DNA of 64,000 nucleotides from Patescibacteria group bacterium (GTDB lineage Bacteria; Patescibacteriota; Minisyncoccia; UBA6257; GWB1-50-10): NCBI GenBank assembly GCA_023474215.1, contig JAMCYI010000016.1, positions 8,265 to 72,264 of the forward strand, read 5' to 3'. Shown piece by piece: positions 48,146 to 57,521 of this stretch (position 1 is its first letter; each line of letters starts with the position of its first letter). The notes under the pieces were generated by a model. It saw only the letters and a program-made list of their open reading frames with translations, ran no database searches and was not told where the DNA came from. The position numbers and the translations under genes were made by a program.

Positions 48146-49119
48146 CGGACCACGGCATTTTTCACCTCAGCGATCGCCTTCCCCCTGCCCCAAATAAGTC
48201 CTTCATTCCGCCCGTTCCATGAAATTTCTTCATAGTCGCGCTGAAATCCATCCCGCTTCGCAAGCATTCGCAAAGCATTTTTCAACGCCGGAAGCGCATG
48301 ATGAACCCCGGTATGCCCCAAAACATACGCACGCGGGGAAAAACTTCCGAGATGATCTTCGACATATCGGATCGCTTCCGCAAGATCTTCCGGCGTCGGC
48401 TTGAAAAGCATGCCGGTTTTTTCATTGATGTGCCGCGTCGTTGCGGGGCCGGCGTCTTCGGGAACAAGCACGGGTATGTCAGCTGAGAGACATTCCATCT
48501 TGAAGCGGCTCAAGCCTTCGTGCTCGCTCGTCAAGATCCCCATCTTTGCGGTATTCACGAGGCGGTTGACTTCGGATGCATCGGCCTCGCCGGGGAAATC
48601 GATGCTCGCATGGAGGCGATGCGCAAGCCGGATTATTTTCCGGCGCCTCACCGCTTCCGAATTCCGGTCGAACCACCGCGACTTTTGCCAAAAATGGCCG
48701 AATTTAATGAATCGTTCCTGTGGTAAAAGCGCAGCCGCCCGTACGAAAAGTTCGTGCCGCTTGAACGCGGGCCATGCGGCGATTTGGATGCCGGTATAGA
48801 TCTTCGGAATGTTGAGCGGATGGAAGAGGTCGGTATCGACGAAATCGCCATTCGAAAATTCAAGGACAATGGCCTCCGGAAATTTCCGTTTCGTTTCCTC
48901 GAGCGTCGTCAGATCGTCGACAAGCTTTACGTCGGCGGTCTTTTCGCTATTCATCCAAAGCCATCCCCGCCGCTCGACGAGGTAAAAGTAATCTTTGAGA
49001 TGTGGAACGATCTTCGAGAGCCGGTCGCACTGATTCGCGACAATGACGCCTTTTTCAACGATGCCGTTCCTTTTTCTCGGTTCGGCGATCATCGCAAGCG
49101 ATAATTCCATGTATAGCAA
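48133..49119 (-). CDS. GT-B-fold glycosyltransferase-like protein, tandem paralog 2
   Basis: 328 aa; internal segment 48290-48760 identical to 47290-47760. Confidence 0.6.
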   Translation of the reverse strand: MLYMELSLAMIAEPRKRNGIVEKGVIVANQCDRLSKIVPHLKDYFYLVERRGWLWMNSEKTADVKLVDDLTTLEETKRKFPEAIVLEFSNGDFVDTDLFHPLNIPKIYTGIQIAAWPAFKRHELFVRAAALLPQERFIKFGHFWQKSRWFDRNSEAVRRRKIIRLAHRLHASIDFPGEADASEVNRLVNTAKMGILTSEHEGLSRFKMECLSADIPVLVPEDAGPATTRHINEKTGMLFKPTPEDLAEAIRYVEDHLGSFSPRAYVLGHTGVHHALPALKNALRMLAKRDGFQRDYEEISWNGRNEGLIWGRGKAIAEVKNAVVRCNP

Positions 49120-49213
49120 TTATAACAATAACCCGTTCACTCAGCCCCCTCTCATACATAAAAAGAGCTCTCTCAATCTTCCAGAGTAATATATAATAAA
49201 ACAACGTTACCAA

Positions 49214-50233
49214 ATGAACGATGCCGTCCTCATAACCCTTGCCGACAAGAACTTCATTCCTCAAGCGAAGCAGCTCTTTTCGTCGGCATATTGGAACGGA
49301 GGGTGGCAGGGGGATTTCCTGCTCTTGGCGCATGAGATCCCGGAGGAGGACCTCCGGTGGTTCCGGGAGAAAGGGATCATTGTTTTCCCCTGCAAGCCGC
49401 TTTCGGAGCGGGAGCTCATCGGCGTACGTCACCCTCCCGTCGTCCTCGACAAGTTCTACCTCTTTACGCCTTTCTTCAAGCAGTGGAAACGCATCGTCTT
49501 CCTCGATGCCGATATCATCATCGAAGCATCACTCGACCGTCTCGTTGAAACAAAGGGATTTTGCGCGCCGAATGCCACGTGCGTCGGCCTCACAAAAGAG
49601 TTCTTCCGGACGGATCGAAAACTGCGCGCCGAACTCGAACGAACGTATCCCCTTCGGGGGAAGGCCTTCAATACGGGGGTGTTCGCCTTCGATGCCGCGG
49701 ACATTGCCGGCGATACCTTCGAAAAAATGACGGCACTGTACAAAAAATTCGGATCGCTCAATTTTTACGGGGAAGAAGGAACGTTCAACCTTTTCTTTTA
49801 TAAAAAGTGGACAATGCTCCCCGTTATGTACAATGCTTACCCAACCTACATGAGGGACACCTACAACCTCGACCATGGCCGCCTCGAAAGCGTCATCATT
49901 CATTTCGTCGGAGAAACGAACGCAAAACCGTGGCTCGAAACTTCCCTTTGGCACGGAGAGTGGGTAGAAAATTTGCGGAAAGCCGACGGCATCGATCTTC
50001 TACACCCCCGAAAAGCCGCCAAAATCTGGACGCAAAAAGAAGAACGGGATTATATCCGCGCCCTTCCCGCAAAACGCTTGCATCATCTCATGCGGCGGAA
50101 AATTTCGACACCCATCGCCCGCGCGTCGCGCAAACTATGGGATCGCATCGAACATATGATCGGCCAAATCGGGCTTTTCATCAAAAAACTCTTTCCTCGT
50201 CTTTATGAACGAATCCGCATCAAGCACGACTAA
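49214..50233 (+). CDS. GT8-family glycosyltransferase, tandem paralog 1
   Basis: MNDAVLITLADKNFIPQAKQLFSSAYWNGGW...FLDADIII (DxD)...FNTGVFAFD (GT8 signature). Confidence 0.75.
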   Translation: MNDAVLITLADKNFIPQAKQLFSSAYWNGGWQGDFLLLAHEIPEEDLRWFREKGIIVFPCKPLSERELIGVRHPPVVLDKFYLFTPFFKQWKRIVFLDADIIIEASLDRLVETKGFCAPNATCVGLTKEFFRTDRKLRAELERTYPLRGKAFNTGVFAFDAADIAGDTFEKMTALYKKFGSLNFYGEEGTFNLFFYKKWTMLPVMYNAYPTYMRDTYNLDHGRLESVIIHFVGETNAKPWLETSLWHGEWVENLRKADGIDLLHPRKAAKIWTQKEERDYIRALPAKRLHHLMRRKISTPIARASRKLWDRIEHMIGQIGLFIKKLFPRLYERIRIKHD

Positions 50234-51287
50234 CGTCCTCATAACCCTTGCCGACAAGAACTTCATTCCTCAAGCGAAGCAGCTCTTTTCGTCGGCATAT
50301 TGGAACGGAGGGTGGCAGGGGGATTTCCTGCTCTTGGCGCATGAAGATGTCCCCGAAGGAGAACTCACATGGTTCGAGGAAAAAGGGATCTTGATCTACC
50401 GATGCAAGGCGCTCACAAACCTTCCCCGGTATGGGAGGGTGCCGGCTGCCGCTCTCGACAAGTTCTATCTCTTCACGCCTTTTTTCAGGCGATGGAGAAA
50501 GATCATCTTCCTCGATGCAGACGTCATGGTAAGAGGATCCTTGGAATATCTTGAACGATGCGAAGGTTTTTCGGCGGCTCCCGACGATTACAGCGGAAGG
50601 CTGTGGCACGAATTCAAACGCCCCCACCTGCCCCTCTGGCGGAATTACAATCTCGGATCATCCGTTTTTAACTCGGGAGTCCTTGTCATCGATACCCGAT
50701 CGGTCATCCGCGAGGAGACATTCGGCGAGCTGAAACAATTGAGCGAACGTTATGCTCCGCAAATACGATACGGCGAGCAGGCGATCTTCAATCTCCATTG
50801 GCTTGGAACATGGAACCGCCTCCCCCGCGCCGAGAACTTCCTCGCAAATTTCGGACCGTTCCAGCTCATGAAGCGGGACGACATTCGAGCGGCTGTCGTG
50901 CATCTTGCCTCCCAATATAAACCATGGGACCCGCGGAGCAGGTTCCACGAAGAGTGGCTTACGAATCTCGAAAAAGCCGATGCCATCGACCTTCGATCCA
51001 TCCCTGATCCGGCAATGACCGTCACCGAGGCGGAAATGCGAAAATTCGACGCCGTCCTGCGACAGCGCAAAATAACCCGCATCTATCAAAGGGCCACGAT
51101 CTTCTTTAAAATACGGGCATTCGTGAAATGGAAGATACTCCGGAAAATAGGCGCGATACTCTGCAAAACGGCGGATGCAACGAAACAAACAAGAGATCGG
51201 CTCGTAGATCGGTCAAAGTACCGGATCGGCCGGTTCATCAAATTCTTCTCCCCCCGCTTGTACCGCAAACTTGGGGGAAAAAACTAA
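50205..51287 (+). CDS. GT8-family glycosyltransferase, tandem paralog 2 (canonical start deleted; initiates from ATG embedded in paralog 1 3' end, or pseudogene)
   Basis: Same conserved N-terminal block starting at VLITLADKNF; DxD FLDADVMV; FNSGVLVID. Confidence 0.55.
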   Translation: MNESASSTTNVLITLADKNFIPQAKQLFSSAYWNGGWQGDFLLLAHEDVPEGELTWFEEKGILIYRCKALTNLPRYGRVPAAALDKFYLFTPFFRRWRKIIFLDADVMVRGSLEYLERCEGFSAAPDDYSGRLWHEFKRPHLPLWRNYNLGSSVFNSGVLVIDTRSVIREETFGELKQLSERYAPQIRYGEQAIFNLHWLGTWNRLPRAENFLANFGPFQLMKRDDIRAAVVHLASQYKPWDPRSRFHEEWLTNLEKADAIDLRSIPDPAMTVTEAEMRKFDAVLRQRKITRIYQRATIFFKIRAFVKWKILRKIGAILCKTADATKQTRDRLVDRSKYRIGRFIKFFSPRLYRKLGGKN

Positions 51288-51291
51288 GCCT

Positions 51292-52383
51292 ATGAACGAT
51301 GCCGTCCTCATAACCCTTGCCGACAAGAACTTCATTCCTCAAGCGAAGCAGCTCTTTTCGTCGGCATATTGGAACGGAGGGTGGCAGGGGGATTTCCTGC
51401 TCTTGGCGCATGAAGATGTCCCCGAAGGAGAACTCACATGGTTCGAGGAAAAAGGGATCTTGATCTACCGATGCAAGAGACTGACGGTAAGAAACCGCAT
51501 CGGCTACCAACATCCTCCCGTCGTCCTCGACAAGTTCTACCTCTTTACGCCTTTCTTCAAACAATGGAAGAACGTCGTCTTTCTTGATGCGGACATGATC
51601 GTCGAAGCATCGATTGAAAATCTTGCCCGCATCAAAGGAAGCTTTGCCGCTGCACCGACCACCGAGATATCGCTCAAAAAAGAATTCCGCCGCGGCATTG
51701 AAGAGAATCTGTTCAATGAATTGCAAAAGCGTTTCCCCCTCGAAGGAGAAGCGTTCAACACGGGGGTCATGGCATTCGACACGACGATCATCAAAAACGA
51801 TACGTTTGACAACATCTTCGCCCTTTACGAACGCTTCCAAGCGCTTAATGCATTCGGCGACGAAGGAACGTTCAATCTCTTCTTTTACAAGAAATGGGAA
51901 CGGCTCTCCAGGCTCTATAATACCTACCCCTTTTATACCCATGATGCGTACGGCCTCCCCTACCGCAAAATCAAGCCCATCGTCTTCCATTGCGGTTGGG
52001 AACCTCTTCCGAAACCGTGGTCAAAGGAGTCATACTTATACCAAGAATGGTCCGACAACCTGCGGAAGGCGGAAATGATGGATATCACAAAACCGCAAAA
52101 GCCGGCGCGAATATGGCTGCCGGAAGAAGAGAAACGGTACGAACGCATACTCCGAGCGAAGCATCCGTGGCGCGTCCCCAAGCGGAAAATGCGGACGGCA
52201 TATGCATCAATACGCTCATTCGCACGTCGGGCGGGACGCTCATCCCTCGATTCCCTCTCTTCGTTCTTCAAAAGATCCCTTTCCCGGTGCCGGGGCGCGA
52301 TCGATCCTCTCGTCGGGAAAACGGGCATCATACTCAAAAAACTCTCCCCCCGCTTGTACCGCAAACTTGGGGGAAAAAACTAA
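51292..52383 (+). CDS. GT8-family glycosyltransferase, tandem paralog 3
   Basis: MNDAVLITLADKNF...FLDADMIV...FNTGVMAFD; ORF track starts at upstream TTG 51271. Confidence 0.75.
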   Translation: MNDAVLITLADKNFIPQAKQLFSSAYWNGGWQGDFLLLAHEDVPEGELTWFEEKGILIYRCKRLTVRNRIGYQHPPVVLDKFYLFTPFFKQWKNVVFLDADMIVEASIENLARIKGSFAAAPTTEISLKKEFRRGIEENLFNELQKRFPLEGEAFNTGVMAFDTTIIKNDTFDNIFALYERFQALNAFGDEGTFNLFFYKKWERLSRLYNTYPFYTHDAYGLPYRKIKPIVFHCGWEPLPKPWSKESYLYQEWSDNLRKAEMMDITKPQKPARIWLPEEEKRYERILRAKHPWRVPKRKMRTAYASIRSFARRAGRSSLDSLSSFFKRSLSRCRGAIDPLVGKTGIILKKLSPRLYRKLGGKN

Positions 52384-52387
52384 GCCT

Positions 52388-53380
52388 ATGAACGATGCCG
52401 TCCTCATAACCCTTGCCGACAAGAACTTCATTCCTCAAGCGAAGCAGCTCTTTTCGTCGGCATATTGGAACGGAGGGTGGCAGGGGGATTTCCTGCTCTT
52501 GGCGCATGAGATCCCGGAGGAGGACCTCCGGTGGTTCCGGGAGAAAGGGATCATTGTTTTCCCCTGCAAGCCGCTTTCGGAGAAAGAACTTGCCGGCCTT
52601 TGGCATCCATCGATCGTCCTCGACAAGTTCTACCTCTTTACGCCTTTCTTCAAGCAGTGGAAACGCATCGTCTTCCTCGATGCCGATATCATCGTCCGGG
52701 CATCGATCGAGAAGCTCACGGACGGCAAGGAACTTTTTTCTTCGCCGAACGCCCACGGCACTTCTCTCCGAAAAGAATTTATAAAGAAGACCAAAAAGAA
52801 CCGCGAGCTCTTCGGACGGCTGGAAAAGGAATACCCGCTCCAAGGGAAAGCATTCAACAGCGGCATTATGTCGTTTTCCGCGGATGTTATCCAAGAAGAT
52901 TCTTTCAAGAAACTTATGGAGCTCTACCAGCGCTTTGGGGAACTCAACAAATACGGAGAGGAAGCGACCATCAATCTCTTGTTCTATCGGAACTGGCATA
53001 TGCTTTCGCCGCTCTACAATACGTACCCGTGGCGCACGCATCATCTGTACGACCTTTCCTATAACAAAATCCAAGCCATCATCCTCCACTTCGTCCGCGA
53101 AACAACAGCAAAGCCTTGGCTTGAAACTTCGCCGTTCCACAAGGAATGGCTCGCGAACTTCGAGCGAGCCGATGCGATCGATCTCTTAAAACCGCAAAAC
53201 GCTGCAAGAATGTGGACATCAGATGAAGAGAAACGGTATCTCCGATCCCTCGCCGTGCGGAGATCCCTGACGTTCTACCGATGGGCGCTCTTTGCCGCCG
53301 ACTGGGCAATCGGCAGGATCGGGCTTTTGATAAAAAAATTGTCGCCCGCGCTCTATGAAAAAGTCCGCATTAAAAATTAG
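52388..53380 (+). CDS. GT8-family glycosyltransferase, tandem paralog 4
   Basis: MNDAVLITLADKNF...FLDADIIV...FNSGIMSF. Confidence 0.75.
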   Translation: MNDAVLITLADKNFIPQAKQLFSSAYWNGGWQGDFLLLAHEIPEEDLRWFREKGIIVFPCKPLSEKELAGLWHPSIVLDKFYLFTPFFKQWKRIVFLDADIIVRASIEKLTDGKELFSSPNAHGTSLRKEFIKKTKKNRELFGRLEKEYPLQGKAFNSGIMSFSADVIQEDSFKKLMELYQRFGELNKYGEEATINLLFYRNWHMLSPLYNTYPWRTHHLYDLSYNKIQAIILHFVRETTAKPWLETSPFHKEWLANFERADAIDLLKPQNAARMWTSDEEKRYLRSLAVRRSLTFYRWALFAADWAIGRIGLLIKKLSPALYEKVRIKN

Positions 53381-54812
53381 CGTGGTCGTTCCCGTGCGGA
53401 ACGCAAGCGGCACGCTTGCCGATTGTTTGGCCGCCGTTCTCGACCAAACGGAAAAGCCGCATGAAGTGATCGTCGTCGAGAACGATTCCGACCGCGAAAC
53501 GCGGAGCGTCATCGACGATTTCAGAAAACGCTACCCCGATCTCCTGAAGGTGGTGCACGAAGGCATTCCCGGCCGGGCGAGTGCCCGGAATGCCGGCATT
53601 GCGAGAACACAAGGTGACATAATCGCCATGACCGACGCCGACTGCATCGTCCCCAAAAACTGGCTGGAACGCATCACGCACCCCATTCGAGAAGAGGGCG
53701 AGAGTGCCGTTATGGGATTCGAAGAACCGGAACTCGAGAATTACTGGACCCGCATGAGGCAAAAGGAGGATGCAGAGTTCGCATACTCCACATTCGATGG
53801 CAAATATGCAAACCACGTCGATACGAAGAACTTTGCGATCCGCGCCGACCTTATGAAGCGCACGATGTTCGACCCGGAACTTCTTGCTTACGAGGACTGG
53901 GATCTCTTCCTTCGCCTTGCAAAGAAGGGGGTGAAGATCAGATTTCTCCCCGATGTCATTGTCCGGCACCGCCATAACGCTTCTTTCGGAGAACTCCTGA
54001 AAACCCAGTATACGCGGGCACGCGGCATGGAACGAGCTTTCGTTGCACACTGGAACGATCCGTCATTCCGGGATCATTATAAAGAAGATGCAAGCGCACG
54101 CTCCCACCGGTTCTGGAATTTCATTGCATTCATCCCGTGGTCCGTCTGGCAGCTCGTTGTCAATCCGACGAAAGCTGCGTTCCGCATCGTTTCCGACGCC
54201 GCATGGAAAGCGGGCCTTGTCATAGAATCAATCTCACTCCGCCTGGTACGACTCCGCATCGCGATCGTAAGAAAACTGCTCGGCATCCAAATGGAAACAC
54301 CCGAGATCCTGGCCGTCTTCCGGGCAATCCGTCCGCCGATGAACCTCCTCGTCTTCGGCGCCGGGAACGATTCTTTGTTCTGGCGTGAAGAAAACCGGAA
54401 CGGGAGGACGGTCTTCCTCGAAGATGAGGAAGCGTGGCTCGATCGCATCCGAAAGCAATGCCCCGCGCTCGAACTATACCGCGTCGACTACGGGACTCGC
54501 GTCAGCGACTGGCGCACGCTCATCAATCACCCGGACGAACTCGAGCTTAAACTCCCCGCCGCCATCCGTGAAACGGCATGGGATGTGGTGCTTGTCGACG
54601 GCCCCCAGGGTTATGCACCCCAGAAGCCCGGGAGAATGAAAAGCATTTTCGAAGCGTCGCGCCTCGCAAAACCCGGCGGGTCGGTTTTTATCCACGATTC
54701 CGAACGGGAAGTGGAAAAAGAATACGGAGAAAAATACCTCGGAAAAGAAAGCATCGTCGAAGAAGCGGTCGGACGCGCCGTTATGCGGCGGTACCTTCGT
54801 ATTCTTCGATAA
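53355..54812 (+). CDS. bifunctional GT2 glycosyltransferase / DUF579 (glucuronoxylan-methyltransferase-like, Polysacc_synt_4) fusion
   Basis: N-terminus ISVVVPVRNASGTL...MTDADCIV (GT2); C-terminus LLVFGAGNDSLFWREENRNGRTVFLEDEEAWL...VVLVDGPQGY matches the DUF579 core (VFGLGHDSLMW...GG.T.FLEE...W). Confidence 0.6.
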   Translation: MKKSALKISVVVPVRNASGTLADCLAAVLDQTEKPHEVIVVENDSDRETRSVIDDFRKRYPDLLKVVHEGIPGRASARNAGIARTQGDIIAMTDADCIVPKNWLERITHPIREEGESAVMGFEEPELENYWTRMRQKEDAEFAYSTFDGKYANHVDTKNFAIRADLMKRTMFDPELLAYEDWDLFLRLAKKGVKIRFLPDVIVRHRHNASFGELLKTQYTRARGMERAFVAHWNDPSFRDHYKEDASARSHRFWNFIAFIPWSVWQLVVNPTKAAFRIVSDAAWKAGLVIESISLRLVRLRIAIVRKLLGIQMETPEILAVFRAIRPPMNLLVFGAGNDSLFWREENRNGRTVFLEDEEAWLDRIRKQCPALELYRVDYGTRVSDWRTLINHPDELELKLPAAIRETAWDVVLVDGPQGYAPQKPGRMKSIFEASRLAKPGGSVFIHDSEREVEKEYGEKYLGKESIVEEAVGRAVMRRYLRILR

Positions 54813-55527
54813 CTTCTTCCGGCCTCCCTTCCGCCGCGATCTTTCCATCCCTCAATAGGATCACCCGCGAACAGTATTTTTGAATGGGTTTCATGTCGTG
54901 GCTTACCATGATGACGGCTGCTCCAGATCTCATGAATTCTTCCATCTTTGCAAGAGCTTCCCGCTTGAACTCCGCGTCGCCGCCCGCACCAAGAACTTCA
55001 TCAAGGAGAACGACGTCGGGCTTCTTGTGATTCACGAAACTGATGATGGAAGAAAATCCGAGCCGCGCCACCATGCCCGACGAGAACTGGTAGATCTTCG
55101 TGTCCAAAAAATCCTTCAAGCCCGAAAACCGGACGATATCGTCAAAATAGCGATGCACTTCCCTTTTCCGAAGACCCATGATGGAACCGACAAGATAAAT
55201 GTTCTCGCGCATGGTAAGTTTGTTTTGAAGGCCGATATTGAATCCGCTCAAATACACCACCCGCCCCGGCGCATGAACGATGCCCTTATCCTGCCGGTAA
55301 ATGCCGGCAATGATCCGAAGAAGCGTGCTTTTGCCGCATCCATTCGATCCGATAATACCGAACACCTCACCGGGCTTGCAGGAAAAAGAGATATCATTGA
55401 GAACCCGGAGCTCCCACGTGTTTCCCCTCCCCTCGATCGCCGAGATAACGTGGCTTAAAACGCCTTCGGTCGGACGCGCCTGGATGTGGAAGGTTTTCGA
55501 TATGTTCTTGACTTCAAGTCCAGCCAT
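54781..55527 (-). CDS. polysaccharide ABC exporter ATP-binding protein (Wzt/KpsT-like)
   Basis: 248 aa; Walker A GIIGSNGCGKST, signature LSGFNIGL.., Walker B VVLLDE. Confidence 0.8.
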   Translation of the reverse strand: MAGLEVKNISKTFHIQARPTEGVLSHVISAIEGRGNTWELRVLNDISFSCKPGEVFGIIGSNGCGKSTLLRIIAGIYRQDKGIVHAPGRVVYLSGFNIGLQNKLTMRENIYLVGSIMGLRKREVHRYFDDIVRFSGLKDFLDTKIYQFSSGMVARLGFSSIISFVNHKKPDVVLLDEVLGAGGDAEFKREALAKMEEFMRSGAAVIMVSHDMKPIQKYCSRVILLRDGKIAAEGRPEEVIEEYEGTAA

Positions 55528-55534
55528 AGTACGG

Positions 55535-55632
55535 TTAATTTACAATTTCTAATTTTCAATTTTCATTGAATTTCCAATTTGAAAATTTTTAAACGTTTGA
55601 ACATTGATTGTAAATTGCAAAATTGAAAATTC
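55535..55632. repeat. gene-less AT-rich inverted-repeat element (both arms of the 4HB-cassette IR family) between wzm and wzt
   Basis: taatttacaatttctaattttcaatttt ... ttgtaaattgcaaaattgaaaatt; arms match the IRs flanking 56471-56818. Confidence 0.6.
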
Positions 55633-55636
55633 GCCC

Positions 55637-56392
55637 TCATACTTTCTCCGCAAGCTCGCGCTTCTTCGCCTCGAAGATCTTTATGCCGACAAAGCATGCA
55701 AGAGCCCCCATACCGAGGATGACGCCGAACATCCAAAGCGGCGGAAACGTCCGGTCGATGAGAAGACTGCGTGAAATGCTCACAAAATAGAAAACTGGAT
55801 TGAAAAGGTTCACGGTGTGGAGCATCGTCCCCGGTTCGATGGTATAAAAGACCGGCGTCACGAAGAAAAGGAGCTGGCTTGCGATCATCCAAATATTATC
55901 CAAGTCAGTCGTGTAAACGCCGACGGCGGCACAAAAGAACCCCGCGCCGAGAATAAAGGGGAAGAAAACAAGGAATGAAAGCGGATACAGGAGAATGCCG
56001 AGAACAGGAACGCCGAAGTAGATCATGAACGCCGCAACGAGCGCGATCTCGAAGATGTGCGAGAAGACCGACTCCAAGATTGTCGCAAGAACGAACGTTT
56101 CGAGGGAAATATTGTTGATGGACCTGATAAACCCCGCGTTCATGTTGATCGCTTGGATGGACGTTGTAATGCTCTGCCGGAAAAAATTGAAACCGGTAAT
56201 GCCGATCAAAAGGTAAATCGGGTACGATGGAGCTGACGTCCCGGGAAACGCCGCACCTTTCACGAAGAGGATGATAAAAAAAAGCGCGAGGGGGCCCAAT
56301 AGATACCACATGATACCCAAATAACTTCCTTCGTTCCGCAATTTAAAACTCGTCTTCGCGAGCGAAAAACTCAACCGTAAGATATCCTTCAT
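55637..56392 (-). CDS. ABC-2 type polysaccharide exporter permease (Wzm-like)
   Basis: 251 aa, 6 TM, ABC-2 family pattern. Confidence 0.75.
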   Translation of the reverse strand: MKDILRLSFSLAKTSFKLRNEGSYLGIMWYLLGPLALFFIILFVKGAAFPGTSAPSYPIYLLIGITGFNFFRQSITTSIQAINMNAGFIRSINNISLETFVLATILESVFSHIFEIALVAAFMIYFGVPVLGILLYPLSFLVFFPFILGAGFFCAAVGVYTTDLDNIWMIASQLLFFVTPVFYTIEPGTMLHTVNLFNPVFYFVSISRSLLIDRTFPPLWMFGVILGMGALACFVGIKIFEAKKRELAEKV

Positions 56393-56470
56393 CTCCCTTA
56401 TTATAAAGGTTCTAATTTACAATTTTCAATTTACAATTTTCAGTGAATTCACAAACAACAATTTCCAAAC

Positions 56471-56818
56471 TCACCTAACGGACGACGTTATCTTCTGAAA
56501 AATCAGTGTTAGCTCTTGTGCCTCTTTCCATAAAATACTCAATTCGTCTTTTCTGTCTGCGAAACATTCACCCATCATTCGAAGCCAGTGTTTCGTTTCT
56601 TGAGTTTCCTTTTTGCAAATATGGATCTTATTTCGGAAGTCGTTCCTTGAACTCGCGCCATTCGCCTCTTGATAATTAGCACCAATGCTCGTTGCCGATC
56701 TCACAAGTTGATCAATGAGTGATCTTGAAATAGCGTCTTGTCTTAAAGTCTTACAAAACTTTATAACCTCCCCGCCAAACTTTGCGGTACGTTCCTCAAG
56801 GTCGTATATCCTCCTCAT
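56471..56818 (-). CDS. four-helix-bundle protein (TIGR02436 / 23S rRNA IVS protein / Avd family), copy 1
   Basis: YDLEERTAKFGGEVIKF...DQLVRSATSIGANYQEANGASSRNDFRNKIHICKKETQETKHWL family signature; flanked by inverted AT-rich arms 56405-56447 / 56823-56878. Confidence 0.75.
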   Translation of the reverse strand: MRRIYDLEERTAKFGGEVIKFCKTLRQDAISRSLIDQLVRSATSIGANYQEANGASSRNDFRNKIHICKKETQETKHWLRMMGECFADRKDELSILWKEAQELTLIFQKITSSVR

Positions 56819-56882
56819 TGAAAATTAAAACCAATTGAAAATTGGTTGAAAATTGCAAAATTGTAAATTGAAAATTTCCCCT

Positions 56883-57353
56883 CTATTGGAGCGTCATCGT
56901 CCCCTGCATCGTGCCGCTCTTCGGGCAGTACTGAATGCAATGGAAGGTATAATCTCCTGCTGTCTTTCCGGTCGTATCGAATCCGAACGCCTGCGTTTCA
57001 CCCTTCTTCACGACGACGTCGAAGCCGATTTTGGGATCGGCGAAGCCGAGGTCGTACGTTCCGTCAACCGCGGTAAAATTGATCATCAAAACCTTGCCGA
57101 CCGGCACCGTAAAAGTGTCGGGAATGAACTTGCCGTTCTCGGCCCGGATATTGACGACTGAAAAATGATCCTGCGCGACGGCAACTGCTACAACGTCGGC
57201 CGTCGAAGTTGACGTGGCATTCGACGTGTAATTCGGATTTTGAGCTTTCTTGGCGCCGTTGAATATCCAAATACCGATCAAAACGATCACGATCACCCCC
57301 AGGGCAATCCATTTAACTACTGCACTACCCTTCTGTTTCTCCATTGGTTTCAT
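56883..57353 (-). CDS. membrane-anchored cupredoxin-like protein (DYTFHC motif paralog)
   Basis: 156 aa; TM, T/S linker, C-terminus GDYTFHCIQYCPKSGTMQGTMTLQ similar to the giant-protein C-terminal domain. Confidence 0.5.
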   Translation of the reverse strand: MKPMEKQKGSAVVKWIALGVIVIVLIGIWIFNGAKKAQNPNYTSNATSTSTADVVAVAVAQDHFSVVNIRAENGKFIPDTFTVPVGKVLMINFTAVDGTYDLGFADPKIGFDVVVKKGETQAFGFDTTGKTAGDYTFHCIQYCPKSGTMQGTMTLQ

Positions 57354-57521
57354 TGTACCATATTGGCCTTTCTTTTATTATAGCAAATGAACCTTAATTT
57401 TTAATTTGAAATTTGAAATTTTTAATCAGTATCCCAATGAATAAGGTTTAAGATCAAATGCTCTGCTTAGCGCTGGAGGCAATTTTGGAGAAAATCAGCG
57501 TCAATTCATGACTTTCTTTAT

